Below are positions 19,919 through 30,789 of a DNA stretch of 64,000 nt, piece after piece. A program made the position numbers and the translations under genes. Below the pieces are notes generated by a model that saw only the letters and a list, made by a program, of their open reading frames with translations, did not search any database and had not been told where the DNA came from. Source of the stretch: Longimicrobiales bacterium (GTDB taxonomy: Bacteria > Gemmatimonadota > Gemmatimonadetes > Longimicrobiales > Gaopeijiaceae); the NCBI GenBank assembly GCA_965248195.1, contig CBDFIQ010000001.1, positions 192,001 to 256,000 on the forward strand, in the 5' to 3' direction. Every line of letters starts with the position of its first letter. Position 1 is the stretch's first letter.

Positions 19919-21328
19919 ATGACGTCGGAACTGGGGACAGCGGACCACCCGCTCAGGGTGGCCATCATCGGGTCCGGGCCGGCTGGGTTTTATACCGCCG
20001 ACCACCTTCTCAAGCAGAGCGATGTTCATGTCCAGGTCGACATGTTCGAGCGTCTCCCGACTCCCTTCGGCCTCGTGCGTTTTGGTGTCGCCCCGGATCA
20101 CCAGAAGATCAAGAACGTCACGCGGGTGTTCGACCGCATCGCCCAGAAAGAGACGTTCCGGTTTTACGGCGATGTGGAGGTGGGAAAGGACATCAGCCTG
20201 ACCGACCTCAGCCAGCACTTTCACCAAATCTGCTTTTCCACCGGCGCCGAGACAGATCGGCGGATGGGGATCCCCGGCGAGGATCTCACACGAAGCCACA
20301 CCGCCACCGAATTCGTGGCATGGTTCAACGGCCACCCTGACTACCGGGACCATCAGTTCGATTTCTCCGCCGAGCGTGTCGCCGTGGTGGGCGTCGGAAA
20401 CGTCGCGGTAGACGTCGCACGGATCTTGTGCCGCACGCCCGATGAGTTGGCGGAGACCGACATCGCCGACCACGCACTCGAAGCGTTGAGCCAGAGCAAA
20501 GTGCGCGAGGTGACCATGCTCGGCCGGCGCGGGCCCCTCCAGGCCGCCTTCACGAATCCGGAAGTTCGGGAACTGGGCGAGCTGATGGGCGCGGACATCC
20601 ACGTCCCTCCGGAAGACGTGCGCCTCGATTCCCTCAGCCAGGCCGAGCTCGAGAACACGGATGACGACACCCTGCAGAAGAAGATGGCGATTCTCGAAGA
20701 CTTCGCGCAGCGGCCCCCTGAGGGTAAGGAGCGCTTGCTCACGCTTCGGTTCCTGGTCTCACCCACGGAGCTGATTGCCGACGACGACGGCGGGGTCCGG
20801 GCCATACGAATCGTGAACAACGAGCTCGTCTCGGATGCGGGGAAACTGCGCCCTCGCGCCACTGAGCAGACCGAAGAGCTTCCCGTGGACCTAGTGTTTC
20901 GATCGGTCGGATACCGAGGCCTCCCCGTGGAGGGTCTTCCCTTCAACGAGAGCTGGGCAGTGGTCCCGAATGAGAGCGGCCGCGTGACCGAGCCCGAGAC
21001 CGAGAAACCCGTGCGGGGGATGTACGTGAGCGGCTGGATCAAGCGTGGGCCGACCGGAGTGATCGGAACGAACAAGAAAGACGGGACGGAGACCGCCGGC
21101 GCCATGCTGGAAGACGCAGGGTCGTCCTCCGTCCTCGATCCGGCGCATCCCGATCCCACGGCCCTCGACGCGCTGGTTCGGGAGCGTCAGCCCCACATGG
21201 TGAACTATGAGGACTGGAGCCGATTGGATGCGCTGGAGCAGTCGCGAGGCGAAGCTGGTGGGCGGCCACGCGTGAAGTTCACGTCACGGGCCGAGATGCG
21301 AGCCGCGCTGACGGGAGCGCGGCGTTAG
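19919..21328 (+). CDS. Ferredoxin-NADP+ reductase (FprA/adrenodoxin reductase type)
   Basis: IIGSGPAG, PFGLVRFGVAPDH, GVGNVAVDVAR and GWIKRGPTGVIG motifs. Confidence 0.92.
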   Translation: MTSELGTADHPLRVAIIGSGPAGFYTADHLLKQSDVHVQVDMFERLPTPFGLVRFGVAPDHQKIKNVTRVFDRIAQKETFRFYGDVEVGKDISLTDLSQHFHQICFSTGAETDRRMGIPGEDLTRSHTATEFVAWFNGHPDYRDHQFDFSAERVAVVGVGNVAVDVARILCRTPDELAETDIADHALEALSQSKVREVTMLGRRGPLQAAFTNPEVRELGELMGADIHVPPEDVRLDSLSQAELENTDDDTLQKKMAILEDFAQRPPEGKERLLTLRFLVSPTELIADDDGGVRAIRIVNNELVSDAGKLRPRATEQTEELPVDLVFRSVGYRGLPVEGLPFNESWAVVPNESGRVTEPETEKPVRGMYVSGWIKRGPTGVIGTNKKDGTETAGAMLEDAGSSSVLDPAHPDPTALDALVRERQPHMVNYEDWSRLDALEQSRGEAGGRPRVKFTSRAEMRAALTGARR

Positions 21329-22238
21329 CTGACCCCCTCAGACGATCCAAAGTGCTCAAGCGCCCGAATTGCCCGCACCAGGATGAACTCAGCGAATGGA
21401 CCTGCGTTTTTTAGAGAGCCGCATATAAAAGATCTAGGATGTCGCATACGATACCCCTAACGCGACACGAACGTCCTCGGAAACCCACTGAGGATTGGCG
21501 ACCATGCTGAAAACCGCACTCCGGCCGATAGGAACTGGGCGGACGCGAGGAGGAGCGGGAGCAGCAAACCGCAGGCCTACCTGGGCATGGTGCGAGATAA
21601 TTCGAGCGTGCTCTCAAGGGCAGATCGCGCGTCGACGAGTGTGTTGAGGAAAGTCAACTGAAACACGACGTCCCTCAGAGAACGCCGCAGTTCAGCGTGT
21701 ACAGGTGACCCTGGGGCAACTCGTGAGGCCAGTTGGGACAACGTCAGGCTATCGATGACCGCGACGCCGAAAGAGGAGAGGGCCGTCTCGAGGCGAGCCT
21801 GGTATTGTCCGACGCGTCGTTCGTTCCCGCCGATGTCCTCTGCCGTTCGGTAGTAGGCCAGGATGGCGGACCGTAGCTCTTCATCCTCAATGGTCTGGAG
21901 CGCGCCGGAAGCCAGCATCTCTTGGTAGGAATCGTCCGAGAGGTCGAACTCGGGGAACGCGGTAAAGGACAGTAACGGTCGCCCAAGTGGGTCCCACGCT
22001 CCGGTGAACGTGCCACGACCTTGAGCCTCAAGCAGGGCCCGGGCGCGCTCGGGATTCACCAAAGAATCCGGGGGCGCGAGAACTCGAGATCGGCCTCGTC
22101 GGCCCTGAGATCGGCTGCGAGGCGACCGATCAGGTGCTGCTCGAGTACCCGATCTGACCGATAGTCACGCCAGTCGTCTACAGCCAGGGCGACCAATACC
22201 CCCAAGACGATAACGATGAACTCTGAATCGCCCCGGGT

Positions 22239-23174
22239 TCATCGGAGACTGTTTGACTTGAGTGTCAGAGGCTCACCTGGAGCGTCCTGACGCGAATAAT
22301 ACAACTCTTCGTACTCGGCCGGCGGGATATGGCCGTGGGGCTCGAAGAGGCGATGGTGATTGAACCACCAGACCCATTCGAGGGTGGCGAGCTCGATGTC
22401 TTCGAGGGTGCGCCACGGACCGCGTGGACGAATGAGCTCGGTCTTGTAGAGTCCGATGATCGTCTCGGCCAGGGCGTTGTCATACGAATCCCCCCGGCTG
22501 CCTACGGACGGCTCGATGCCTGCCAACGCCAGGCGCTCGGTGTAGCGGATAGACAGGTACTGCCCCCCGCGGTCGCTGTGATGCACCAGGCGCTTGTCTG
22601 CGTCGTCCTCGCGTTCACAGATCGCCTGCTCGAGAGCGTCGAGCGCTAAGTCACTGCGTAATGAGTTCGAGACCCGCCATCCGACGATGCGACGGCTGAA
22701 CGCATCGATCACGAACGCCACGAAGACAAACGCATGGCCCGTCCGCACGTACGTGAGGTCCGAGACCCACAGCTCGTTGGGACGTGCCGCGCTGAAGTCT
22801 CGGTTCACGAGGTCCAGCGGGCGCTCGTCGCCCTCCGCCGTGTGCGTTGTCACCTTGAAGCGCCGCCCTCGCGTAACCCCACAAAGCTCCAGTTCCTTCA
22901 TGAGCCGAGCCACCGTGCATCGAGCCACGGTGATGCCTTCCCGGTTCAGCTGCTTCCACACCTTCTTCGCCCCGTAGACCTGGAAGTTCTGCATCCACAC
23001 TCGACGGATCTCCGGCTTCAGCATCTCGTCGCGCTGAGCCCGGACCGATCGTAGCGTCGGATCTGCCTGCATCGCCTTGTGCGTGTAGTAGGTCGACGGA
23101 GCGATCGGCAGTACCTCGCAGATCGGCTCGACTCCGTACGTGGGCCGGTAATCGTCGATGAAGGCCACCATCAC
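22239..23174 (-). CDS. IS3 transposase OrfB (rve DDE)
   Basis: WVSDLTY, HHSDRG.QY and DNALAE motifs. Confidence 0.93.
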   Translation of the reverse strand: MMVAFIDDYRPTYGVEPICEVLPIAPSTYYTHKAMQADPTLRSVRAQRDEMLKPEIRRVWMQNFQVYGAKKVWKQLNREGITVARCTVARLMKELELCGVTRGRRFKVTTHTAEGDERPLDLVNRDFSAARPNELWVSDLTYVRTGHAFVFVAFVIDAFSRRIVGWRVSNSLRSDLALDALEQAICEREDDADKRLVHHSDRGGQYLSIRYTERLALAGIEPSVGSRGDSYDNALAETIIGLYKTELIRPRGPWRTLEDIELATLEWVWWFNHHRLFEPHGHIPPAEYEELYYSRQDAPGEPLTLKSNSLR

Positions 23175-23491
23175 CGAACTCGGCGGTCGAGCTCCGCCTG
23201 TGCGAAATACGCCGATGCCTTACGCAGAATCTCGTTCGCCCGCTTCAGCTCACGATTCTCACGCTCCAGCACCTTCAGTCGCTCACGCTCTTCTGTCTTG
23301 AGACCGGGCCGTTGCCCCGTGTCTCGCTCCGCTCGTCGAACCCATTTACGTAGCGTCTCCGCCGTGCACCCGATCTTCTCCGAGATCGAGCAGATCGCCG
23401 CCCACTGTGAGCTGTACTCAGGCTCGTGCTCGAAAACCATCCGAACGGCTCGCTCCCGTACCTCTGGGGAGTACTGTCCTTTCCTTTTCAT
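23171..23491 (-). CDS. IS3 transposase OrfA
   Basis: [31 protein letters not shown] zipper. Confidence 0.93.
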   Translation of the reverse strand: MKRKGQYSPEVRERAVRMVFEHEPEYSSQWAAICSISEKIGCTAETLRKWVRRAERDTGQRPGLKTEERERLKVLERENRELKRANEILRKASAYFAQAELDRRVR

Positions 23492-24229
23492 GACTCCATC
23501 CTCTCAACTGATGGAGTCTCCGGCAAACCCGGGGTGATTCACTCCCCGAGCCAGCGAACTGGCCACTTCTTGTTCAAGCGTCCACCCTCAATCTGAAGTT
23601 GAAGCCAACTCGGAGGCCTACTTCCGAAGTGATGTCGCATAAGGAGAGTAGTCGAATCCAAGGTGTGCGCCGTTCGTGCAATTCTTCCACCGACATCTCT
23701 TACCTGATGCGTGAGTCAGTTGGCCCAGCGCATGTCCGATAACGAATAAGGATTGTTTCCGCACTCTACAGGCGGGCGGGTAGGAAGGCCAGGCTGCTGG
23801 GAGTGCGGAAAGGATCGGTTGAACGAAGCCGCTACGCGGTGGGTGGGGCTATGGAGATTGGAGTGCGTCGAAGTGCGTACGGGATGACCTGAGGCACGCG
23901 AGATGGCTGGACGGAGCTACCGAAGAGCGTGGCAGAGCGCCCCGGTACGACGATATGGGAAGGGTTGAAGGGGCTGTGGCCGACGTAGGCACAGTCGGGT
24001 CCATCGCCGCCGTTGAGGAACAGCCACGTATCAGGATGCGACACGGTGGACCCATGGGTTCGGAGGAGGAGGTCGCCCGAGGACCTGCACACACTGTAGC
24101 ACGCCCTTTCTACAGCTGGGATAGACGTGCAGATCACGAGGCCGTAGATCGAGGAGGATCTCATCGCCATCGAGGGACTCTGGTTGCGGATCGAGGGAGA
24201 CTGCTGGCTGCCCGAGTGCCTCGCGAGAG

Positions 24230-25605
24230 GGTCAAGTCCCGATTTGTGTGTAAAAGCGGAGGAAGCTCCTCGCCTTCGGCTAGGCTGCTTGGGCGACCTC
24301 CTGTTTCTGGAGGAGTGAGAGGTCGAGGTAACGCCGGTCGCCCCAGACGTGTGTGGTCCTGAGTGCGACGGCCGTGATGAGCCTGAGGGCGCTGGCCCGG
24401 TCCGGGAAGGCGCCGGCGGCCTTGATCCTGCGTTTGATCTCGCCGTGCAGCCGCTCGAGGCTGTTGGTGGTACGCAGCCGGGGCCAGTGCGCCTCGGGGA
24501 ACGCGTAGAACTGCGTCGCTGCCCCGAAGCCCCGCTCCAGGACCTCCACGGCCTCGGGCAGCTCCTTCTTCCAGCGTGCGCCGAACTCGCCCAGGAGCTT
24601 CTTCGCCTCGGCGAGTCCGGATGTCTGGAAGATCACCGAGACCTCACGCGCCACGCGCTTGCGTAGGCGGTGGGGGACCCTCGCCCCCACATTACGCTGC
24701 AGATGGACCGTACACCTCTGACGGCGTGCCTCGGGCAGGAAGCGGCGGACCGCAGCTGCCAGGCCTGCGTGCTCATCGGCGATCACGAGCTCGACACCGC
24801 CGAGGCCGCGGTCCTGGAGTTGCTCGAGGAGCTCCGACCAGCTCTGCTGCGACTCCTCAGCGCCCAGCGTGACGGCCAGGAGCCGTCGGTGACCCTCAGG
24901 GCCCACTGCATACGCCACGAGCGCACTCACGTTCTCGACTTTGCGGGCCCAGCGGGCGTCCAAGAACGTGGCGTCCAGGTACAGATAGGGGTGAGGCCCC
25001 TCGATCGGCGCACGGCGCAGCCCTTCCACGGCCTCGTCGAGCCGTTTTGCCACACGACTCACCGTCGAGCGCCCAACACGCTCGCCCATCAGCGCCTCGG
25101 TGACGTCGCCCATCTTGCGCTGTGACACGCCGCTCACATACGCCTCGACCATCATCTCGTCGAGCTCGGGGCTCCTGCGCTGGTAGCGGCCGATCACGTC
25201 GGCCGGCGAACCGTTGTCCCGGCTCCGGGGCATGGCGACCTCGATCTGCCCCAGGCTCGTCAGCAGCCGCCTCAGGTATGTGCCGTTCCTATGGTCCTTC
25301 CGGCTTCCCACCCGCTCGAAGCGGCGTGCACCTACCATGGCCTTCAGCTCCTCTTCCAGCACCATCTCGAGCGTCAGCCGGATCGCGCCTTGAAACAGCT
25401 CGCGCAAATCATCGCGTAGCTCGTCTTGCGTGGCCCGACCGATCTCCACAATCTCTTGCATCGGAAGCTCCTCTCCGGTTCCGAGCCTGCTCTGCAGACC
25501 CGGACTCCCGGGTTCATGTGACAGTGAACAACAACAGAGGAGCTTCCGTTTTTCTTTCCCTCCTGTCCAGCTTATCCGCTTTTACACAAATCTAGGGACA
25601 CTACC
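24230..25605 (-). mobile_element. IS256-family element, copy 2 (1376 bp)
   Basis: Same ends as copy 1; 8-bp target duplication CGCGAGAG (24222-24229, 25606-25613). Confidence 0.95.
24280..25461 (-). CDS. IS256-family DDE transposase
   Basis: Protein identical to 16943..18124. Confidence 0.95.
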   Translation of the reverse strand: MQEIVEIGRATQDELRDDLRELFQGAIRLTLEMVLEEELKAMVGARRFERVGSRKDHRNGTYLRRLLTSLGQIEVAMPRSRDNGSPADVIGRYQRRSPELDEMMVEAYVSGVSQRKMGDVTEALMGERVGRSTVSRVAKRLDEAVEGLRRAPIEGPHPYLYLDATFLDARWARKVENVSALVAYAVGPEGHRRLLAVTLGAEESQQSWSELLEQLQDRGLGGVELVIADEHAGLAAAVRRFLPEARRQRCTVHLQRNVGARVPHRLRKRVAREVSVIFQTSGLAEAKKLLGEFGARWKKELPEAVEVLERGFGAATQFYAFPEAHWPRLRTTNSLERLHGEIKRRIKAAGAFPDRASALRLITAVALRTTHVWGDRRYLDLSLLQKQEVAQAA

Positions 25606-26623
25606 CGCGAGAGCATGCGAGCAGTCGAGCGCGGCTGGCGTTGGCGAAGATCCCGTAGTAGCGGATACGCACGAAGCCCTTCGGTAAGACGTGTAGCAGG
25701 AAGCGACGGGCGAACTCGTGGAGGGGAAGCATGAGAGTCCGGGCCCTGCGACCTCGGTAGTCCTTGTAGCGGAAGCACACAGACTGGTCGTCTACGTGGA
25801 GCAGACGATGGTTCGAGATCGCGACTCGGTGGGTATAGCGAGCCAGGTACTCGAGAACGGGCTTCGGACCGTCGAAGGGGGGTTTGGCATAGACGACCCA
25901 CTCAGTCTGGCGAGCCGCGTTGAGGTGGCGCGCGAACGCCGCGCGTGAGCGGTAGCGGGCGAGGGCACCGTGCAACTCGAGGCTCCCGTCCCGAAACGCA
26001 TCCCAGAGTCCTGCGGTGAACTTTCCCCGGAACAAACGACTGAGCACGCGCACCGGCAGGAAGAAGCCCGGCCGACAAGGACGCCATGTACGGTCACCTT
26101 CCGCCAGGCCGCCCGCTGGGACAACGCAGTGTACGTGCGGATGATGGACCAGCGTCTGGCCCCAAGTATGCAGGACGGCGAAGAACCCGATCCGTGCGCC
26201 GAGATGCTTCGGGTTCAGGGCGACATCCTGCAGCGTCCGCCCCACGGTACGAAGCAGGAGACCGTAGAAAACGCGTGGGTTCTGCAGCGCCAACGGTGCC
26301 AGGCTCTGCGGCACAGTGAAGACGACGTGCGCGTAGGGCACAGGTAACACCTCGGCCTGGCGTGCCTCGAGCCAGTCCGCTTGGGCACTACCCTGGCACT
26401 TTGGACAGTGACGGTTGCGGCACGAGTTGTACGAGATCCTCCGGTGACCGCAGGCGTCGCAGGCGTCGATGTGACCACCCAGCCGTGCGGTTCGGCAGGC
26501 GGTGATCGCCTCGACGACCGCACGTTGCTCCCAACTCCATCTCGCCCCGGATCCCAGCGAGCGCGGCGCTTCGCGGTACTCTTGGAAGACCTCGGCAAGC
26601 TCGTGCCGGGGTCGCTTGGTCAC

Positions 26624-27397
26624 CTACTCCGTTGGCTCGAACTCCGAGCTCAAGGCATCCAGAGGACTCTTAATCGAACGGAGCCGTGCCGTGGCCACGT
26701 GCGTGTAGATCGCCGTGGTCTGGAGCGCCCGGTGACCGAGCAGCGTTTGGATCATCCGCAGATCCGTGCCCGACTCCAGCAGGTGCGTCGCGTAGCTGTG
26801 ACGGAGCGTACGGGGTGTCACCCGCTTCGTGATCCCCGCTCGCGCACCGGCCGCCCCGATCACTCGTTGTACCGTCCGGCTCGTGAGCGGCTGGTCCGGA
26901 GCGCGTCCGTAGAACAGCAAGCTCCTTGGCCTGTACATACGCCAATATGCCCGCAGCGTCGCCAGCAACACGCCCGACAGGACCACCTGCCGGTCCTTGT
27001 CCCCCTTGCCGTGGCGCACGGTGATCACCATCCGGTCACTATCGATGTCGCGCACTTGCAGCCCCAGCACCTCGCTGGTCCTCAGCCCGCCACCGTACAG
27101 CGTCATTGCCATCGCCCGGTGCTTCAGGTTCCCTACCCCCTTGAGCAGACGTCCGACCTCCTCCGGGCTTAGCACCACCGGGTTGCGTCTCTTCTGTCGC
27201 GGGTAGGGGAGGTGGGGCAACAGCTCCGGCCGGTCCAGCGTCACACGGTACAGGAACCGCATTGCCCCCACCGCCTGCTTGAACGCCGAACGCGATACGT
27301 CCCGCTCCTCCTTCAGGTACCGCAGGTATCCGCGTATCTCTTCGCGGCCCAGCGTGTCCGGAGATCGCCCGAAGTGCTGCGCCATCTCGGCGACACG
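26624..27397 (-). pseudogene. Tyrosine recombinase/integrase, 5'-truncated by IS256 copy 3
   Basis: YGGGLRTSE, GKGDKDR, LRHSYATHLLE, LLGH...T..Y; frame open up to the IS end with no native start/RBS. Confidence 0.85.
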
Positions 27398-28773
27398 GGT
27401 AGTGTCCCTAGATTTGTGTAAAAGCGGATAAGCTGGACAGGAGGGAAAGAAAAACGGAAGCTCCTCTGTTGTTGTTCACTGTCACATGAACCCGGGAGTC
27501 CGGGTCTGCAGAGCAGGCTCGGAACCGGAGAGGAGCTTCCGATGCAAGAGATTGTGGAGATCGGTCGGGCCACGCAAGACGAGCTACGCGATGATTTGCG
27601 CGAGCTGTTTCAAGGCGCGATCCGGCTGACGCTCGAGATGGTGCTGGAAGAGGAGCTGAAGGCCATGGTAGGTGCACGCCGCTTCGAGCGGGTGGGAAGC
27701 CGGAAGGACCATAGGAACGGCACATACCTGAGGCGGCTGCTGACGAGCCTGGGGCAGATCGAGGTCGCCATGCCCCGGAGCCGGGACAACGGTTCGCCGG
27801 CCGACGTGATCGGCCGCTACCAGCGCAGGAGCCCCGAGCTCGACGAGATGATGGTCGAGGCGTATGTGAGCGGCGTGTCACAGCGCAAGATGGGCGACGT
27901 CACCGAGGCGCTGATGGGCGAGCGTGTTGGGCGCTCGACGGTGAGTCGTGTGGCAAAACGGCTCGACGAGGCCGTGGAAGGGCTGCGCCGTGCGCCGATC
28001 GAGGGGCCTCACCCCTATCTGTACCTGGACGCCACGTTCTTGGACGCCCGCTGGGCCCGCAAAGTCGAGAACGTGAGTGCGCTCGTGGCGTATGCAGTGG
28101 GCCCTGAGGGTCACCGACGGCTCCTGGCCGTCACGCTGGGCGCTGAGGAGTCGCAGCAGAGCTGGTCGGAGCTCCTCGAGCAACTCCAGGACCGCGGCCT
28201 CGGCGGTGTCGAGCTCGTGATCGCCGATGAGCACGCAGGCCTGGCAGCTGCGGTCCGCCGCTTCCTGCCCGAGGCACGCCGTCAGAGGTGTACGGTCCAT
28301 CTGCAGCGTAATGTGGGGGCGAGGGTCCCCCACCGCCTACGCAAGCGCGTGGCGCGTGAGGTCTCGGTGATCTTCCAGACATCCGGACTCGCCGAGGCGA
28401 AGAAGCTCCTGGGCGAGTTCGGCGCACGCTGGAAGAAGGAGCTGCCCGAGGCCGTGGAGGTCCTGGAGCGGGGCTTCGGGGCAGCGACGCAGTTCTACGC
28501 GTTCCCCGAGGCGCACTGGCCCCGGCTGCGTACCACCAACAGCCTCGAGCGGCTGCACGGCGAGATCAAACGCAGGATCAAGGCCGCCGGCGCCTTCCCG
28601 GACCGGGCCAGCGCCCTCAGGCTCATCACGGCCGTCGCACTCAGGACCACACACGTCTGGGGCGACCGGCGTTACCTCGACCTCTCACTCCTCCAGAAAC
28701 AGGAGGTCGCCCAAGCAGCCTAGCCGAAGGCGAGGAGCTTCCTCCGCTTTTACACACAAATCGGGACTTGACC
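27398..28773 (+). mobile_element. IS256-family element, copy 3 (1376 bp)
   Basis: Same ends and transposase as copies 1 and 2. Confidence 0.95.
27542..28723 (+). CDS. IS256-family DDE transposase
   Basis: Protein identical to the other two copies. Confidence 0.95.
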   Translation: MQEIVEIGRATQDELRDDLRELFQGAIRLTLEMVLEEELKAMVGARRFERVGSRKDHRNGTYLRRLLTSLGQIEVAMPRSRDNGSPADVIGRYQRRSPELDEMMVEAYVSGVSQRKMGDVTEALMGERVGRSTVSRVAKRLDEAVEGLRRAPIEGPHPYLYLDATFLDARWARKVENVSALVAYAVGPEGHRRLLAVTLGAEESQQSWSELLEQLQDRGLGGVELVIADEHAGLAAAVRRFLPEARRQRCTVHLQRNVGARVPHRLRKRVAREVSVIFQTSGLAEAKKLLGEFGARWKKELPEAVEVLERGFGAATQFYAFPEAHWPRLRTTNSLERLHGEIKRRIKAAGAFPDRASALRLITAVALRTTHVWGDRRYLDLSLLQKQEVAQAA

Positions 28774-28954
28774 CGTTTGGGTTGGCTTCTTGGCCATACT
28801 CGGTGGGCTGGGAACCGCCGCTGGTGGAGTCGTCCTGGCATACACCGGGTTTTCGGCATCGATGATGATGATAAACATGCCTGCCAGCCTCCTCCTGCTG
28901 GTGTGGATGATCGCAGTTGGCGTTTTGATGTGGCGTCGAGCCCCGCCATTCTGA
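28774..28954 (+). pseudogene. 3' part of the membrane protein begun at 16282
   Basis: VWVGFLAILGGLGTAAGG...LLVWMIAVGVLMWRRAPPF* in the frame restored by removing the transposon. Confidence 0.85.
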
Positions 28955-29000
28955 AGCCACACGGTCCGCCATGTCCAGCCAGGCGGCGCCCCGCTCGGCC

Positions 29001-30008
29001 CTACCACCGCCAACGTGGAGCTTGACGCGTGAGCTTACCCCCCCGGGCTGTGTCCTCTGGGTGAAACCCGCCGTGATCTTCGACATGATCGCTGAGCCGG
29101 GAAGCCCGGGCCGGCGCGCGCGAATCCGCCTTACGAGGGCCCGGAGTGCTGCCGGGGCACGCTTCGATCACGAACTCCAACTTCTCCGTGATCTCGTGGT
29201 CGCCCAGCCCCCCGAGATCCGCGATCAGGGAGGAGCTTCGAGGATTCAGGAAGTCCTCGCGGCGAAACAATAGATTGTCGCCGTTGTTGTACTTCTCCCA
29301 AAGACTCGGCTCCCGCCTCAGGGCACAGATGGCAATCTGGATGACGGCGTCCGAGAACTCGTCGATCCCGGCATGGAAGTCCTTCTGGGTTCGGCCGGGG
29401 TTTTGATAATCTGGGTGCCCCGTTTCATTGCTCTCCTGTCCCCCGAGTGTGGGCACCCACATCCCATCGTAGTCGATCAGGCGAAGATCGCCGTTCGGTC
29501 GCACCAGGACGTTGCCGTGCTGCAAATCGCCGTGTGCGATGTGGACAGATCGGAGGTCAGTGAGGAGCCTGCCCCAGCGCTTCTTGAGCTTTGAGAGCAC
29601 GCGCGGGCGCGACAGATTCTGCTCGATGAACGTGTTCAATTGGCAACCTTTGACCCACTCCATCTTGACGAGCGGAAACGACTCCCCCCGAACGAGGATC
29701 CCCCCTGGCTGGTATTCGAAGGTCACGAAGTACCGGAGCCGTGGGCAGTACCTGAGGTGTTCCGATATCCGTGCGTAGCGCTGTTGCAAGTTCGGGATGT
29801 TCCGAAGGAAGCACTTCACGGCCCATCGGCGGCGCCCGCTGGCCAGCTCATAAACGCTCGCGAATGTGCCGCAAAGCGGCCGCGGCAGACCGAGTTGGTT
29901 CGCCACAGGAGTGCCATACTGGAGCTCCGAAGAAGTGAATGCCAGGCGTGGGCATTGAATCGCCTCCTGATAGTCGACCATGCTCGGCCAGTAGCTCGGT
30001 CGTGACAT
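29001..30008 (-). CDS. Ser/Thr protein kinase (TerY-P-triad type)
   Basis: GTFASVY, AVKCF, MEWV.G, HGDLQHGN and LIDYDG motifs. Confidence 0.85.
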   Translation of the reverse strand: MSRPSYWPSMVDYQEAIQCPRLAFTSSELQYGTPVANQLGLPRPLCGTFASVYELASGRRRWAVKCFLRNIPNLQQRYARISEHLRYCPRLRYFVTFEYQPGGILVRGESFPLVKMEWVKGCQLNTFIEQNLSRPRVLSKLKKRWGRLLTDLRSVHIAHGDLQHGNVLVRPNGDLRLIDYDGMWVPTLGGQESNETGHPDYQNPGRTQKDFHAGIDEFSDAVIQIAICALRREPSLWEKYNNGDNLLFRREDFLNPRSSSLIADLGGLGDHEITEKLEFVIEACPGSTPGPRKADSRAPARASRLSDHVEDHGGFHPEDTARGGKLTRQAPRWRW

Positions 30009-30011
30009 CGC

Positions 30012-30776
30012 CTAGGCCACGTCGACCCGGAGCAGCGTGGTGTCATCGTTGTGCAATCCACCTTTCTCGCGCAGTTCCGCTACAACGGTTTGGAAGCATC
30101 GGTGTTCCGCATTACCACCACAGTGATCGTCAGCATGTCTCAAGCCGCGAAACATCGGCCAGGGAGACCGACCGGCCTCATGCTCGGCGAGCGTCCACCG
30201 GGCAAGAGCATCGGTAAGCAAATAAAACGAGTCCCTCGGCCGCCATTCTCCCGAGAACACCGTGACATGGGACTCAACCAATCCGAACGAGGTGGAAGTA
30301 TCGGTGGAAATGAGATGTGGGCTGTTGTCGAATTCGTCCGATTTGGAGATCGGCGCGACAGCCAGCAGCTCGTTGCCTCGTACGTGAAAGAAGCAACTGT
30401 CGCCGACGGCCTCGACCTCCCAGGGGCCTCCGAAGGGCTCCGAGCGTCGCTCCTCGCGAATCGACAGCCCGACGAGGGCAGCGTGGGCGCCCCTCTTGAT
30501 TTTCGCCTCGAGGTACCACGGTGCCGGGCGACGGGTCACGAACCGCAACCAGCTGCGCTGCAAGCGTTCGAGGCTTACCCGCCGGCGGCAATACCCCCGA
30601 ACGAGGAGGCGAGCCCACTCCCCCGAGAACGCCGATTCCGATGCGCCATCAGCAACGGCGCAACGGAATTCGGAGAGATCTCGCTGGAACACCCGGTCCG
30701 GAAAGAACGCGTCCTCGTACTCGCTCTCGACGCTTCCGCGCTTCGGCACGTGAAACGCCTGAGTACAGATCCACAT
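30012..30776 (-). CDS. PP2C-like phosphatase
   Basis: EDA, AVADGA, VGDSC, LLTDAL and DDTT motifs; alternative start at 30815. Confidence 0.85.
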   Translation of the reverse strand: MWICTQAFHVPKRGSVESEYEDAFFPDRVFQRDLSEFRCAVADGASESAFSGEWARLLVRGYCRRRVSLERLQRSWLRFVTRRPAPWYLEAKIKRGAHAALVGLSIREERRSEPFGGPWEVEAVGDSCFFHVRGNELLAVAPISKSDEFDNSPHLISTDTSTSFGLVESHVTVFSGEWRPRDSFYLLTDALARWTLAEHEAGRSPWPMFRGLRHADDHCGGNAEHRCFQTVVAELREKGGLHNDDTTLLRVDVA

Positions 30777-30789
30777 TAAGGAGGGGGCC

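Larger units (their letters stand above)
22224..23541 (-). mobile_element. IS3-family element (IS51-like), 1318 bp
   Basis: TG...CA ends (TGAATCACCCCGGGTTT / TGAATCGCCCCGGGTTC); 3-bp duplication CTC. Confidence 0.92.
21577..23577 (-). pseudogene. DUF6090-like membrane-anchored protein, split by IS3 and frameshifted
   Basis: LNKKWPVRWLGE|FIVIVLGVLVALAVDDW joins across the IS; frame break near 22060; C-terminal Y.EM..SG.L..I.DEELR. Confidence 0.7.
24031..26623 (-). pseudogene. IS91-like (Y2/HUH, Zn-binding) transposase interrupted by IS256 copy 2
   Basis: SCRNRHCPKC, HTWG...HPHVH and YLARYTHR motifs; frame resumes at 24221 and stops at 24031. Confidence 0.88.
16799..28773 (+). mobile_element. 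IS256-bounded composite transposon, 11,975 bp
   Basis: Direct-orientation IS256 copies at both ends; CGTTTGGG at 16791-16798 and 28774-28781; inner flanks do not match. Confidence 0.9.

Noticed and set aside
19745..20602. 436-aa version of the Sel1 ORF
   Set aside because: The extension overlaps the FNR gene antisense; RBS and signal peptide support ATG 19744.
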